Assembly (NCBI GenBank): GCA_030390025.1
Contig: CM059431.1
Location: 104,162,001 to 104,226,000, forward strand
Length of the DNA: 64,000 bases
Direction of reading: 5' to 3'
From: Squalus acanthias
Lineage: Eukaryota
This document shows positions 11,295-24,388 of the stretch, piece by piece. The notes beneath the pieces are model-generated. The model saw only the letters and a program-made list of their open reading frames with translations. It had not been told where the DNA came from and searched no databases. The position numbers and the translations under genes were made by a program. Each line of letters begins with the position of its first letter. Position 1 is the first letter of the stretch.

Positions 11295-12204
11295 CATGCT
11301 GTCAGTCTCAGCTAGCACTCCCTGCTCGAAGTCAAACTCGGAATGCCCTGTAATGGATATTCCTGTGCTATTGTTTATTACGTGGAATGAATGCGATCGT
11401 ATGTTGTGAACTGGTAGGCTCAGCATTTACTTCTGGCCATGCAACCTGAGGACACCTAGCCAAACACAAGAGGAACAAGCATTAAACGATACCAGCAACA
11501 CATTCCTTGTAACAAAAACGACTTGTCCAGACATGGTTTGCTATTGTTTTGCCATGCATGCTAATTTTGTGATTGACAGAGTTCCTGTGAATGTGAAAGT
11601 TTAAGGGAGAGAAGAAAATGCAGTAATGATAGACACTAGCCTGGAGATACGGGGTTATCCTCCTGCATGAACCGCTCTAAAAAAAGAATCCACCAAATCT
11701 ACACTAACAATTTGCGGGATCATTTCCTCAAGGTGAATTGGAGGTTTCATATGAGGAGGGTCTCCACCCCTTGATTGCCTCTCCCTTCTGTTATGGTCAA
11801 TCATAAAAAGATTGGCAATGTGCTGTTTTGTTCAGGAACTTGATGCTACTATGTAATTCATCACCCTCCCTCCCTCCCAAAAGATGAGCCCATAAGGATG
11901 TAGCATGCAGGCGGCTGTTGGAATTATTTTTAGGCCACTGTTTCCTGATAAATGACCCGCATCATCGACAGGTGTCCTTCAACTTAGAAGGTGAACCATA
12001 TGTGCTGCCTTGTGAATGTGTGAAGAAGGTAAAAACGTTCCCAAATAATCGTCAAGTTTTCAATCTCACTATGCAGCTGGTGATAGTGTGTTTTGCAGCC
12101 ATGCATTCCATTGCACTTGAAACAGCTACGGTAAGATAGAGTAACTTGGCAAACTCCCCCAACTTGTTGTACTCTTTGTGCATCAGCAGCAAGGAGCCAA
12201 TACC

Positions 12205-13924
12205 TGTAAGGGATTCCTGACCCTGCGTGTCTCGCGGCCTGTGAGATTCACGCGGCTCTGTGCAGCCTGTATGTCAGTGCGGGTCTAGGCCTTGCTGCCT
12301 GTTCTGGTCTCCAGCCAGTCTGGGAACACTAGACACACCTGTGAGTGGTTCGAATCACTCTCCCTTACGGTTCTAGACACTGGACTTAGATGCGAGAGCA
12401 GTAATGGAGATAAAACTCATGTAGGCTTGGTTTGACTGGTACGAAATGGAAAATCTTTATTGCATGATACTTAAAATTATGAAATACATGTCATAAGCAC
12501 AGATTAATGACAGTACAATCTTACAAACAGTTATGTAGTCGATCTTAGGGAAACGAGGAACGAACGGCACAAAGTAAATAGGGGCACACATTACAAATAT
12601 CCTTAATCCTTAAACCCTCCCCTATCAGTATCTATCCTAAACTAGATTCGTAGGATTTCGAGACTCATGCTCACCACTCGTGATAACTCGGAGAAATTCC
12701 GAATAGCTGATCGGATGTTTTTCACCGCAGCACCCACGTGTCGGTCAGGAGATCTCTTGGTCCCACTTGTTTACTCGCTTCTGCTGCTCCGGCTAGCAGG
12801 CTGGACCGTCTGCTGTGATGAAGACCTGTGTTGGTTGGCTTAACAGGTACTCTTGGAGCACAGTTATCGATATCGTCGCTACGATATGTTTTCACGTTCC
12901 AGTTACTTTGGGCACAGTCCAGTTATCATCGATGCAAAATGTTTCGTTATAAGTTCAAAGAAGTCTTCCTGGCGAGGAAAACTTGGCTAATCGACCTACA
13001 GGCGCGGTCGGGATTTACTGACCGTGGCGATGGATATGGTCTTCCTCTCTTCTCATCTCATCTCATCTCATCTCATCTCATCTCGGGCCTTCGGTTCCGC
13101 TGCCAGTTACCAACATAGGTCTTCGTTACGCGACACGAGGTAGATCCGAAGCGGATCAGAAAGTTCAACAGTCTTTTCAGAAGAGGCAACAGGCAAGCAG
13201 AAGCCCAACTACGAGTACACAGGAGCAGCCACGAGGTTACGAATCGGCCGGATAAAAACACAGGAGCAAGAGAGCAAGAGCAAGAGCAAGAGAGCGAATG
13301 GACGGTTTGGAGCCTGCAATTATAGTGCAAAATCTTCCGTTTCCCGCCCAACTATAATGTCCATTCTTTTGTTTAGGGTTTGGCGCTCAAATGTCTTGTA
13401 TGGGTGATCTCCGTTCTTAATGGGTTTCGGGGCTACTCGTAAATGTCTGAGTACCTGTTAATATTTCTCCCATTGTTAAATCGGTCGGTGTTCTCCCTGG
13501 AGGGGTTTGGGGCTTCCAAGTGTCCTGTATAACTACCTGCTAACGGCTCTCTCATCGTAGAGTCGTTGGGATTTTACATATTAATGTCTTTTGGATGGGC
13601 CCTTGATTACTCGGTACAATGGCTTTCCTTTGTACCTGGGAGACCGATTCCAGTATCTATGTTTATGCTGCAAACCCATAATGTCTCGTGTATTATCTTC
13701 ACTGTGCTGAATCTTAATCGATCTTGCACAAATGTTTATTGGAACGCCATCTTGTCTGCCTGTTGAAAAGTCTAGAATGTTCTGTCACGAGGTGCGGCGG
13801 CCATTTTACAGGCTGCTTGTGTCCACTTTAAACCTGCCAGCATTCTGCTGAAATAAAAGCTGTTTGAACGAAACTCTGTGTTTTCTCCTTATTAACAAAA
13901 TCGCGATATATTGCGAATTCTACA
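12205..13924 (-). mobile_element. Solo LTR (~1.7 kb), ERV- or Gypsy-like
   Basis: TGTA...TACA ends; colinear inverted homologue of 50711-52396; minus-strand TATAA (13320-13324) and AATAAA (12456-12461); TSD imperfect (tacc/accc). Confidence 0.8.
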
Positions 13925-14349
13925 ACCCGAAACTCTGCTTACTTCCCCTGCCATCTCTTCCTGGGCAGCCCAGAGAGCAGACTCCTCACCGAACGTTAGC
14001 AACCTTCCTTTGCTGCATCCCGCTCAACATAACCTCCACAGCTCTCTCTGTAAAGAGAGAAGTCCTCCCTTCTCCCTGGGCCCCAGCACTGCCGTCAGCC
14101 TTGAACAGAGTGTCGAATGACAGCACTGTGTCAGCCAATGAGTAGGAGGTGGCGCGGGACTTATGGCAAACAGAGTCTATTTTACAGCAAATAGCAAACA
14201 ACAAACAGAGTCTATTTAATATGAGTCTTTATGAGAACTCATGACCCAAACGACAGAAAAGTCTCCTGATAAAAGCAGAGTGATTTCTCCAGCAAAATGC
14301 AGTGTGGAGAACAGTTACATAATAAAAATTGATTATTTCTCCAACAATA

Positions 14350-15600
14350 TTTTCTGAAGAGGTAACAGAGAGAGTAGACAAGAATAATGCAGTAGATGTA
14401 ATTTATCTAGATTTTAAAAGGCCTTTGATAATGTGCCACATAATAGACCAATAAATAAGGTCAGAGAATGCGGAGTCAGGGGACACGTCACAGAATGAAA
14501 AGCTGGCTGGCTTCAAGACAGAAAGCAGAGAGTAGGGGTAAAGGGTAGCTATTCAGAGTGACAGAAGGTAGGCAGTGGTGTTCCACAAGGATCAGTGCTG
14601 GGACCACTGTTGTTAACAATTTATATTAACGATTTAGACTTTGGAATCAAAAACACAATTTCTAAATTTGCAGATGACACCAAATTGGTGGGATAGTCAA
14701 GACTGAGGAGAACTGCAACAAATTACAAGTAGACATTGATCAACTTGCAGAATGGGCATATAATTGGCAAATGAATTTCAACACAGATAAATGTGAGGTA
14801 TTACATTTTGGTAAGAAAAATAGGGAGGTCACATAATACATGGAAAATAAGAATCTAAATGGAGTAGAAGACCAAAGGGATCTTGGAGTACAAATAGACA
14901 AATCACTAAAGTAGCGACACAGGTTAATAAGGCAATAATAAAAAAGCAAATCAAGCACTCGGGTTTATTTCTAGAGGGATTGAATTGGAAAGTAGAGAAG
15001 TTATGCTAAACTTATATCGAACCTTGGTTAGACCACACTTGGAGTACTGCGTACAATTCTGGTCGCCATATTATAAAAAGGATATAGAGGCACTGGAGAG
15101 GCTGCAAAACATATTTACAAGGACGATACCAGAAATGCAAGGGTATACCTATCAGGAAAGGATGAATAGGCTGGGTCTCTTTTCTCTTGAAAAGAGAAGG
15201 CTGAGGGTTGACCTAATAGAGGTCTTTAAAATTCTGAAAGGTTTTGATAGAGTGGATAAAGAGAGAATGTTTCCACTTGTGGGGAAGAGCAAAACTAGAG
15301 GCCATCAATACAAGATAGTCACCAAGAAATCAAATAGAGAATTCAGAAAAAACTTCTTTACCCAGAGAGTGGTGAGAATGTGGAACTCGCTACCACAGGG
15401 AGTGGTTGAAGCGAATAGTATCGATGCATTTAAGGGGCGGCTGGACAAGCATATGAGGGAGAAGGGAATATAGGGGTTATGCTGATAGAGTTAGATGAGG
15501 AAAGATGGGAGGAGGCTCAAATGGAGCATAAACACCGGCATGGACTGGTCGGGTCGAATGGCCTCTTTCTGTGCTGCATATCCTATGTAATCCTATGTAA
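14350..15600 (+). mobile_element. CR1 LINE 3' portion with RT remnant
   Basis: [30 protein letters not shown] motifs with frameshifts; ORF 14985-15473 LYRTLVRPHLEYCVQFWSP; (atcctatgta) tail. Confidence 0.93.
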
Positions 15601-16239
15601 AATACAGTGAGTGGAGGGTAGTTACATACAAATTATGTGCGTAAAGTGAATTCCAGTCACGTAGAGCAGTGCGGCCTCCAGGCATGATTGACGGGGGAAT
15701 TACCCAGTCATCTCCATTCAGGCCGGGAATGGTGGAGTCACTATATGCAGCCTCCATAGCAACGCTCTGAATTCAACTAGTGAGTACACTTTGAAACAGC
15801 GCAAAGTGTGCTTGCACTCTTAAGGCACAGCAGCAAATCTGTAAATCTGCCGTTGTGTCAGGTGTCCCACAGTCACGGTTTCTGCACTCCCAGCACATGA
15901 CCCAATGCTTGCTGGGAATTATTAATATGAGTGGACTTCGGAAAATCTCACCAGATCCGCCGCACATGCTCGCAACAGGAGATGTGGCACAGCCGGAAGT
16001 GCACGAGCCTGCTACCATTGCGCTTGACGCAAGAAAACTACTAGGCACTTGGTTTAATCAACTGTTATTCAACATGGAGATCTAGTTGTGTCCTTCACTA
16101 GTTCCTGTTAAAGAATGTCCTGAGCAAGCTGGGCCCATGCCCGAGTATTTATACTCTCCCTGGACAACGCCACCAGCAGGCCGCCCAGTATTATGTCATA
16201 AGTCATTTCCACATGAATGACAAGATTCATGTCAGCGCT

Positions 16240-16830
16240 TACATAGACCGTACAGCACAGAAACAGACCATTCGGCCCAACTGGTCCATGCCGGTATTTA
16301 TGCTCCACATGAGCCTCCTCCCACCCTACTACATCTCACCCTATCAACAGCACCTTCTATTCCTTTCTCCCTCATGTGTTTATCCAGCTTCCCCTTAAAT
16401 GCATCTCTGCTATTCACCTCAACCACTCCCTGTGGTAGCGAGTTCCACATCCTCACCACTCTCTGGGTAAAGAAGTTTCTCCTGAATTCCTTATTGGATT
16501 TATTAGTGACTCTGTTATATGGATGGCACCTAGCTTTGGAGTACCCAACAAGTGGAAACATCTTCTGTACATCTCCACCATCGAAACCCTTCATAATTTT
16601 AAAGATCACTATCAGGTCACCTCCCAGTCTTTTCTAGAAAAAAGTGCTCCAACCTGCTCAATCTTTCCTGATAGGTGTAACCTCTCAGTTCTGGTATCAT
16701 CCTTGTAAATTTATTGGAACTTTTACGAGCGCTTCTATATCCTTTTTGTAACGTGGAGATCAGAACGGTACACAGTGAGCAGAACTGAGCGCAGTACTCT
16801 AAGTATGGTCTAACTCCATTTAAGTTCAAC
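16240..16830 (-). mobile_element. CR1 LINE 3' fragment
   Basis: VRPYLEYCAQF and FRRNFFTQRVVRMWNSLPQGVV. Confidence 0.9.
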
Positions 16831-17165
16831 ATAACCTCGAGAGAAATGAGACCCAGCATGTTCAGTCTTTCAGACTGGCGTAGAAAATCAACCTTATAAT
16901 GATCAAAGTAATCCTTCCCTCGTAATGCATTTCCTTAATGCCTTGGATACCTCTTGATGTTTACATGGTCATGTAGTCTTGTCAGGACTCTAGCTTTGCT
17001 GTACAGATTGGAGAGAAATTCAATAACAAAAACAATTGAATTTAAGATTGAAGCAGCTAATTTAAAACTTCAACAAACACTGCCACTGAACACCAACCAA
17101 CAGTTTAAGAATACATTTGTGACCATGCAAGTAGATATCAGCACTCATATCTATGTATTTACATT

Positions 17166-17411
17166 GGCTGGGAATTTGCGGTCAGCGGCGAAGCGAAGGC
17201 GTTCGCCGCTGGCCCTGAAGTAAGCTTCGCACAAAGATCTCGCGATGCCTGTGTTGAGAACTTCGGGTTTTCCGACGTTCAATTCAAATCAACGGACTGT
17301 AGTGGGGATCCCCTAGCGCCAGCTGCTGTGACGTCAACAAGCTGTCTAAGCAGCCAATCAAAACGCAGAATTCTCACAGTGAACAAGGAAGTGAGCAAGC
17401 TCTTAAAATTC
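17166..17411. mobile_element. Left part of a truncated MITE hosting the 17415 element
   Basis: Start ggctgggaatttgcggtc resembles ggccaagaaattgcggtc at 22824; subterminal palindrome agcggcgaa..ttcgccgct. Confidence 0.45.
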
Positions 17412-17414
17412 TAA

Positions 17415-18144
17415 GGGGTAAAACTTGGGTAGCCCCCTTTGGGCGCTACCTTCGCCGGGGCGCTAATTTTAGCGCACCGAAAAAATTAGCGCCCCCGCGG
17501 CCGACTTTCCCAGGTAGCGCCCCGAGAGGGAGGAGGGGCACTACTGGAAGCGCCCCGCCTCCCCCTTGGGGTGCCTGCAAGCCAATATTGCGACGCTGTG
17601 TGCCGCAGTACCACGCGCTGCAGCAAGTCGTGCCGCGGTACTGCAGGCCTTCCTCCCCTTATTAAAGGGGAGGGGCATAGCGCAGCATGACCCAGGGCCC
17701 AGCTGGGCCACCAGGGATCGGGAGTGCCAGCAAACAAGCCCGGCACTCAAGAGGAGTGCTGGGCTCACAGAGAGCAGCCGGCACCCCGCGGGAGGGGGGG
17801 TCTTCACGAGTGGCGGGGACAGCAATGGGGACAGGTGCTGGCAGGTGGCCAGCAACAAAAATGGCCGCCCGCCACCTCCCATTTAACTGGCGCTGCCCCG
17901 GCCGCAGGTAGGATCCCCCGACCCCGGCAGACATAGCGTCTGGCGGTAAGTCGGGGGGCGCCACCCAATATTACAGCCGGGGCGTGAGCGAGGCGCTGCG
18001 CACGTCGATGACGTCATCGCCGGCGGTGCCGCGCGGTGCTAATGGTTAGCGCCGCCGCTAACCTCCTGCTGAATTTCACAGGAGGCGTTAGCGGCGCCGC
18101 GCCCAGGCGCTAGTTGATTTGCAAATCAACTGTATTTAGCCCTC
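17415..18144. mobile_element. GC-rich non-autonomous Harbinger-like MITE (family E)
   Basis: TAA on both flanks; degenerate GGGG.AAAA TIR; homologous to 61721-62303 and, inverted, to 30000-30510. Confidence 0.75.
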
Positions 18145-18738
18145 TAACTTTTTAAAAATGTTAGGGAGAGCAAAACAAAGATTGGGGCTCTCACACGGGG
18201 AAAAGGCAAACCTGAAATAAAGATGGACAAACTTAAAAGAAAAATACACAGCGCAGCCTGTGGAGGTGCAGTGAATGACAGACCGCAACTCATGGCCCGG
18301 CATATCCCTCACTCTACCATTACCATCAAACCAGGGGACCAATCCTGGTTCAATAAGGAGTGTAGAAGAGCATGCCAGGAGCAGCACCAGGCCTACCTAA
18401 AAATGAGGTGTCAACCTGGGGAAGCTGCAACACAGGACTACATGCATGCTAAAAAGCAGAAGAAGCATGCTATAGACAGAGTTAAGCGATCCCACAATCA
18501 ACGGATCAGATCAAAGCTCTGCAGGCCTGACACATCCAGTGGCGGACCATTAAACAACTAATGGGAGGAGGAGGCTCCATGAATATCCTCATCCTCAATG
18601 ATGGTGGAGACCAGCACGTGAGTGAAAAAGACAAGGCTGAAGTGTTTGCAACCATCTTCAGCCAGAAGTGCCGAGTGGATGATCCCTATCGGCCTCCTCC
18701 TGAGGTCCCCACCATCACAGAAGCCAGTCTTCAGCCAA

Positions 18739-18959
18739 AATAACAACAGAAAACGCTGGAAAAACTCAGCAGGCCAGGCAGCATCCGTGGAGAGAGAAAC
18801 AGAGTTAACGTTTCAGGTCGAAGACCTTTTGTCAGAACTGGAAAAAAGCAGGCAATGGAATAGATTTAAAGCAAGTATAAAGCTGGGAAAAGGGGGAGGG
18901 GATGAAAGAACAAAAGGAGAGATTAAGAGTCATTGAGAGACATTAAGAGATAATCAAGG
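18739..18959 (-). mobile_element. Penelope-like terminal fragment inserted in LINE
   Basis: 10-bp direct repeat cttcagccaa (18729-18738 / 18960-18969); contains a hammerhead-like motif. Confidence 0.7.
18803..18839 (-). ncRNA. Degenerate minimal hammerhead ribozyme motif
   Basis: Minus strand agtt-CTGACAA-a-aggtc(ttc)gacct-GAAA-cg-TT-aact; core G8 changed to A. Confidence 0.65.
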
Positions 18960-19028
18960 CTTCAGCCAATTCGATTCATTCCATGTCATATCAAGAAAAG
19001 GCTGAGCGCACTGGATACAGCAAAGGCT

Positions 19029-19853
19029 ATGGGCACCGACAACATCCCGACTATTGTGCTGAAGACTTGTGATCCAGAACTAGCCGTGCCTCTAGCCAAG
19101 CTGTTCCAGTACAGCTACAACACTGGCATCTATCCGACAATGTGGAAAATTGCCCAGGTATGTCCTGTCCACAAAAAGCAGGACAAATCCAACCCGGTCA
19201 ATTACTGCCCCATCAGTCTACTCTCAATCATCAGCAAAGTGATGGAAGGTGTCATCGACAGAGCTATCAAGCGGCACTTACTCACCAATAACCTGCTCAC
19301 TGATGTCCAATTTGGGTTCCGCCAAGACCACTTGGCTCCTGACCTCATTACAGCCTTGGTCCAAACATGGACAAAGGAGCTGAATTCCAGAGGTGAGGTG
19401 AGAGTGACTGCCCTTGACATCAAGGCAGCATTTGACCGAGTGTGGCATCAAGGAGCCCTAGTAAAACTGAAGTCAATGGGAATCGGTGGGAAAACGCTCC
19501 ACTGGCTGGAGTCATACCTAGCACAAAGGAAGATGGTTGCGGTGGTTGAAGGTCAATCATCACAGCCTCAGGACATCGCTGCAGGAGTTCCTCAGTGCAG
19601 TGTCCTAGGCCCAACCATCTTCAGCTGCTTCATCAATGACCTTCCCTCCAACATAAGGTCAGAAATGGGGATGTTCGCTGATGTCTACACAGTGTTTAGT
19701 GCCATTCACAACTCCTCAGATAATGAAGCAGTCCATGCCCGCATGCAACAAGACCTGGACGACGTTCAGGCTTGGGTTGATAAGTGGCAGGTAACATTCG
19801 CGCCACAGAAGTGCCAAGCAATGACTATCACAGAATCCCCACAGTGCAGATAG
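19029..19853 (+). pseudogene. Non-LTR retrotransposon reverse transcriptase (partial, disrupted)
   Basis: NYCPISLLSIISKVME, QFGFR, ALDIKAAFDRVWH, GVPQCSVLGP; catalytic motif reads FADV instead of FADD; ORF cut by a SINE. Confidence 0.9.
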
Positions 19854-20079
19854 AGGCCATTTCGGCCCATCGAGCCTGCACCGACACATATCCCACCCTA
19901 TCCCCGTAACCCCACAAATTTAATCCTCCTAACACTAAGTGTCAATTTTATCATAGCCAAATCAACCTAACCCGCACATCTTTGGACTGTGGGAGGAAAC
20001 CGGAGCACCCGGAGGAAACCCACGCAGACACGGGGAGAATGTGCAAGCTCCACACAGACAGTCACCCGAGGCTGGATTC
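19830..20079 (-). mobile_element. 5'-truncated V-domain SINE (HE1-like)
   Basis: V-domain ctccccgtgtctgcgtgggtttcctccgggtgctccggtttcctcccacagtccaaaga with CR1-like tail; 7-bp TSD gactatc (19823-19829 / 20080-20086). Confidence 0.85.
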
Positions 20080-22555
20080 GACTATCTCCAACAAGCGAGA
20101 CTGTAACCACCGCCTCTTGACATTCAATGGTATTACAATCGCTGAATCCCTCACCATCAACATCCTGGGGGTCACCATTGACCAGAAACTTAACTGGACC
20201 AGCCATATAAATACTGTGGCAACAAGAGCAGGTCAGAGGCTAGGTATTCTGCGGCGAGTGTCTCACCTCCTGACTCCCCAAAGTCTTTCCACCATCTACA
20301 AGGCACAAGTAAGGTGTGTGATGGAATACTCTCCACTTGCCTGGATGAGTGCAGCTCCAACAACACTCAAGTAGCTCGACACCATCCAGGACAAAGCAGC
20401 CCATTTGATTGGCACCCCATCCACCACCTTAAACATTCGATCCCTCCACCACCGGCGTACCGTGGCTGCAGTGTGTACCATCTACAAGATGCACTGCAGC
20501 AACTCGCCAAGGCTTCTTCGGCAGCACCTCCCAAACCCGCGACCTCTACCACCTAGAAGGACAAGGGCAGCAGGCTCATCGGAACACCACCACCTCCAAG
20601 TTCCCCTCCAAGTCACACACCATCCTGATTTAGAAGTATATCGGCCGATCCTTCATCGTCGCTGGGTCAAAATCCTGGAAATCCCTCCCTAACAGCACTG
20701 TGGGAGTACCCTCACCATACGGACCGCAGCGGTTCAAGAAGGCGGCTCACCACCACCTTCTCAAGGGCAATTAGGGATGGGCAATAAATGCTGGCCTTGC
20801 CAGCGACGCCCACATCACATAAAAACGAATTTTTAAAAAATCTCGATGTTGCAGTCAGCCTCAAAGGTGGCATGATGGCGAACGCTGCCAGTTCGTCGTC
20901 ATCCAGACCGCAAAATCCGGGCCATTCAATATGTGCAAACACCATGAAGAGAAAATATGGTAAAAGTGCAAGCAATAAACCTGGTGATAGCTTCCGTGCA
21001 AAATTGTGCCCATTTCCATGACTAGAATTCAGCTTTTGGTTCACTGATAAAATGGACTCAGTAACACGCTTGTCCCTCTGTATGGAGTTATATAATCTTT
21101 ACAGTCATGAAAGATAAGTCAGGATTTCATTCCTGGCTGTGTCTCCCTTATTTATTCTGTCCGAGAAATATCTTGTTCAGAGCTGAATAAAGGATTGCAC
21201 CAGAGAATATGTTCAAATTGTATTAACAGCGGTTTTCCCCATTCTCTTTAATTATTCTCATTTATTACAATGCAATAAAAAGAAACAATTTAGTTCTCCA
21301 TTGTATGATGGAAATGGCCTTTCACAAAGGAAGCAACAGTATTATTTTCTTATCAAACATACAGGCATGTACAAATGTAAATGAAGTCTTCAAAGCGATC
21401 GGTCCTGAAAAATTGCTTTGTGTCGCAGTCGCTCGTTGCAAGGTATTTTGCTCTTCACGGACAATAGCAGAAGATAACCCACAAGACAACCTCATTAAAA
21501 TTTAATTTGTTCCCTGGTTTCCTGTTGCACCTTTTGTTGAATTAGTATGCCCTCTGTGTCGGTAGAGAGAGAAAAAAAACCCTCATTGAAATGCCCAGAC
21601 ACTGTGTGACCTTGGAATGTTAATCTCAGCACAAACATCTATCTGTGACTTGTCACCATTTCAGCCTGTGTCTTACGATCAAATCCTTTCAGAGAACCAG
21701 CATCCATCACCCTACTGATGTTGCCTCTGCTGTGATTTATAGCTGACATCTAGAAGCAATAGTTATTTTAAGCACTTATGAATCGCAGCGAGAAACTCGA
21801 CTGTGCTCAAAATCTCTCATAACATTGCACAATTGCTTTTAATATATTTCGATGTAACCACTTGGCATTCAATGGCCTTTACAACTTGTTACTGCTGTAG
21901 CTGTTTAGAACTTTGCCTTGTGATTCTTTCTGCTATATTGTGTGTTATTAATACTCAACCCGGTAAAGTCGGGGGTGGGGTGGGGTCGGGGGTGGGGGTA
22001 ATTTAATTTACAGGATTACATAGGGACTGACGTTTCAGACGCAAGTGGAACATAATAGAAATATAGTCAGTGGTGAATTGGAAATGTTTATACCATGGGT
22101 TCTCTCAAGATGTGAGATTCGGTGTTAACTGCATTGTTTTTTTTTACATTTTATACATATGGCATGCACTATCGTGATGCCTATTGGAGGAACTGTAGCT
22201 GCTGCTCATAAAGCAACCTGGCGTGTCAGAAAAATATGCACTTCGGAATGAAAATGGACTTGGCACCCATACCATCATTAATCAACGCAATACACGCCGC
22301 GAGGGCAATTCTCCAAGTCTGTGCCACCAGTGGGGAGTCTTAACCGCTGGCCGTATATATTGGGCAATCACTGGCATGCCGCCTGTGATTTTCAACCCAT
22401 TGATGGGTAGGAAACGGCGGGCAGCACGCTAATGGGCGAGGCCGTTCATTTTAACAGAGAGGTGCTCGGTGCAGCCGACAGGGTGAAGCTTGCCCACTGC
22501 TCGGGCAAACTTGCAAAAATCAGCCCTGATCAATTGGATAAAAGGAGCCTGTTGG

Positions 22556-22840
22556 CCACAAGTGGGGAACGCAGGAGAGGCTCTCCTGTAATCTGCAAAC
22601 ACAGCGACCCGCAGACTGCTGGTCTGCGCGCCATTGTCATATTTATTCATTTCCAAAACATTAACGTATTTAAGAATAAGTTTTCTGTGAATATTCACCA
22701 TGAAAAAGCAACGTAGGCTGACGTTTGATGTGTTCGCTTACAACCGATTGATCCAACAAACGCTGCACATGTCCATGAGTTGTGTGGTTAGGTTGGATTT
22801 GGTTGGTTTACTGCATTAACGTTGGCCAAGAAATTGCGGT
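22556..22840 (+). repeat. Direct repeat copy 1 (~285 bp)
   Basis: About 90% identical by eye to 23662-23947. Confidence 0.9.
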
Positions 22841-23620
22841 CGGAGGCGTAGCTCCGGAGTACGCCTCCCGCCAGCGAAACAATTACGAAATTACCTGCTG
22901 GCGGCCAGGCTGCGAAGTGCTGCGGTCTCAGGTCTCGAGGCGGAGGGCGGCGTAATGGCCCAAGGATCCCAGGGACGCAGGCGGTTCGGAAGCGTACCTG
23001 GGATCATGGGGGACCTGGACCTCCAACGACGAAGGAGGATTCCATTGCAATCATTTACGAAGGGAATCCCCTAATGACATGCAATGGAATCCTCAAATAA
23101 CTATACAATGTACAGAATTGCAATTTTATGCATAAGTTCCTTCATTGCACCAACCTCAATAAATATATATTTTTTTAAAGCATCATTAAGACTGTAATCC
23201 GGGCCAATATTTGCATGAACTCATTTAAAGACTTACATTTATGTAGCGCCTTTCACGACCACCGGATGTCTCAAAGTGCTTTACAGCCAATGAAACTTTT
23301 TGGAGTGGAGTCACTGTTGTAATGTGGGAAATGCGGCAACCAATTCACGCACAGCAAGCTCCCACAAACAGCAATGTGATAATGACCAGATAAACTGTTG
23401 TTGTTATGTTAATTGAGGGATAATTTTTGGATTTTTAAATGTTTAGTTTAAGCCTTATATATACCCTTACACTGATGCAAGCAGGCCCTATGCCTGCTTT
23501 TACCAGCCATAAGAGTTGCTTGGGCAATTGATGGACAGTTGTTGGACAAATAGCCCCACTCTGCACCAGCGATACTCAGTTTCCAGCCGCATGCGGATGT
23601 CCGGAACTTGTGGGGCCTTT
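22824..23620. mobile_element. Truncated MITE related to families C/D, interrupted by a SINE fragment
   Basis: Left end ggccaagaaattgcggtcggaggc; cccaggg/gggatc motifs, internal hairpin and AT-rich core; right TIR missing. Confidence 0.6.
23226..23422 (-). mobile_element. Deu-SINE 3' fragment
   Basis: Near-identical to the 3' half of the SINE at 24389-24860. Confidence 0.85.
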
Positions 23621-23661
23621 CAAAGGGAATACAATGGTATACTCTGAGAGGAGCACGTTCT

Positions 23662-23947
23662 CCACAAGTGGAGAACGCAGGAGAGGCTCTCCTGTAATCT
23701 GCAAAAAACAGAGACCCGCAGACTGCTGGTCTGTGTGTCACTGTCATATTTATTCATTTCCAAAACATTAACATATTTAAGAATAAGTTTTCTGTGAATA
23801 TTCATCATGAAAAAATAACATAGGCTGATGTGTGATGTGTTTGCTTACAACTGATTGATCTAACAAACGGTGCACATGTCCATGAGTTGTTTGGTTAGGT
23901 TGGATTTGGTTGGTTTACTGCATAAGTATTGGCCTAGAAATTGCGGT
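23662..23947 (+). repeat. Direct repeat copy 2 (~285 bp)
   Basis: Copy of 22556-22840. Confidence 0.9.
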
Positions 23948-24388
23948 GCCATCCGCTATTTTGTGTTTATTATACTTTTGCCTATTAAAATTGTATGGGC
24001 ATGACTATAGCAATGAATAGAAGTGGCTTCCCTTGTTATGTCATGTGCATTTTGATCAAAATAATCTATGAGGCAGTGACATATCCTTCCAGGACTTGCA
24101 AAGCAATTAGTTTTTGAAGACAAGAAGGGGGTTCTGGAGCAATGAAGACATTGGTTGCGCTTTGCCAGGATGCACAGAGCTCAGCTCCCTCGGCGATTCA
24201 CTTTTAATGCTGAGGCAGATTGGGGAGGTGGTTCGATTATCGAGCAACGACTAAAAGTATTCAAAATTACAGTTGAAAACTTCCCAGGAGGTCCAACATC
24301 CATCTTAGTTAAGATGTAAACTTGGCTTCACACCCAGCTGGAATCAAAACCGAATCTCAAGTCGTGTGCAACTGCCTGCTAAAAAGGA

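Larger units (their letters stand above)
18283..20835 (+). mobile_element. 5'-truncated CR1/jockey-group LINE (family 2) with two nested insertions
   Basis: Continuous ORF2-like translation in pieces (WFNKECRRAC..., RT, GVTIDQKLNW, YKAQVRCVMEY, HHHLLKGN) ending in 3'UTR and A-rich tail. Confidence 0.92.

Noticed and set aside
17486..17964. Overlapping ORFs and CpG island-like composition (also 29931-30476 and 61698-62261)
   Set aside because: These are GC-rich MITE copies where stop codons are rare by composition; there are no protein motifs
20712..21044. 110-aa hydrophobic ORF
   Set aside because: It runs into LINE sequence and has no clear splice signals or recognisable domain
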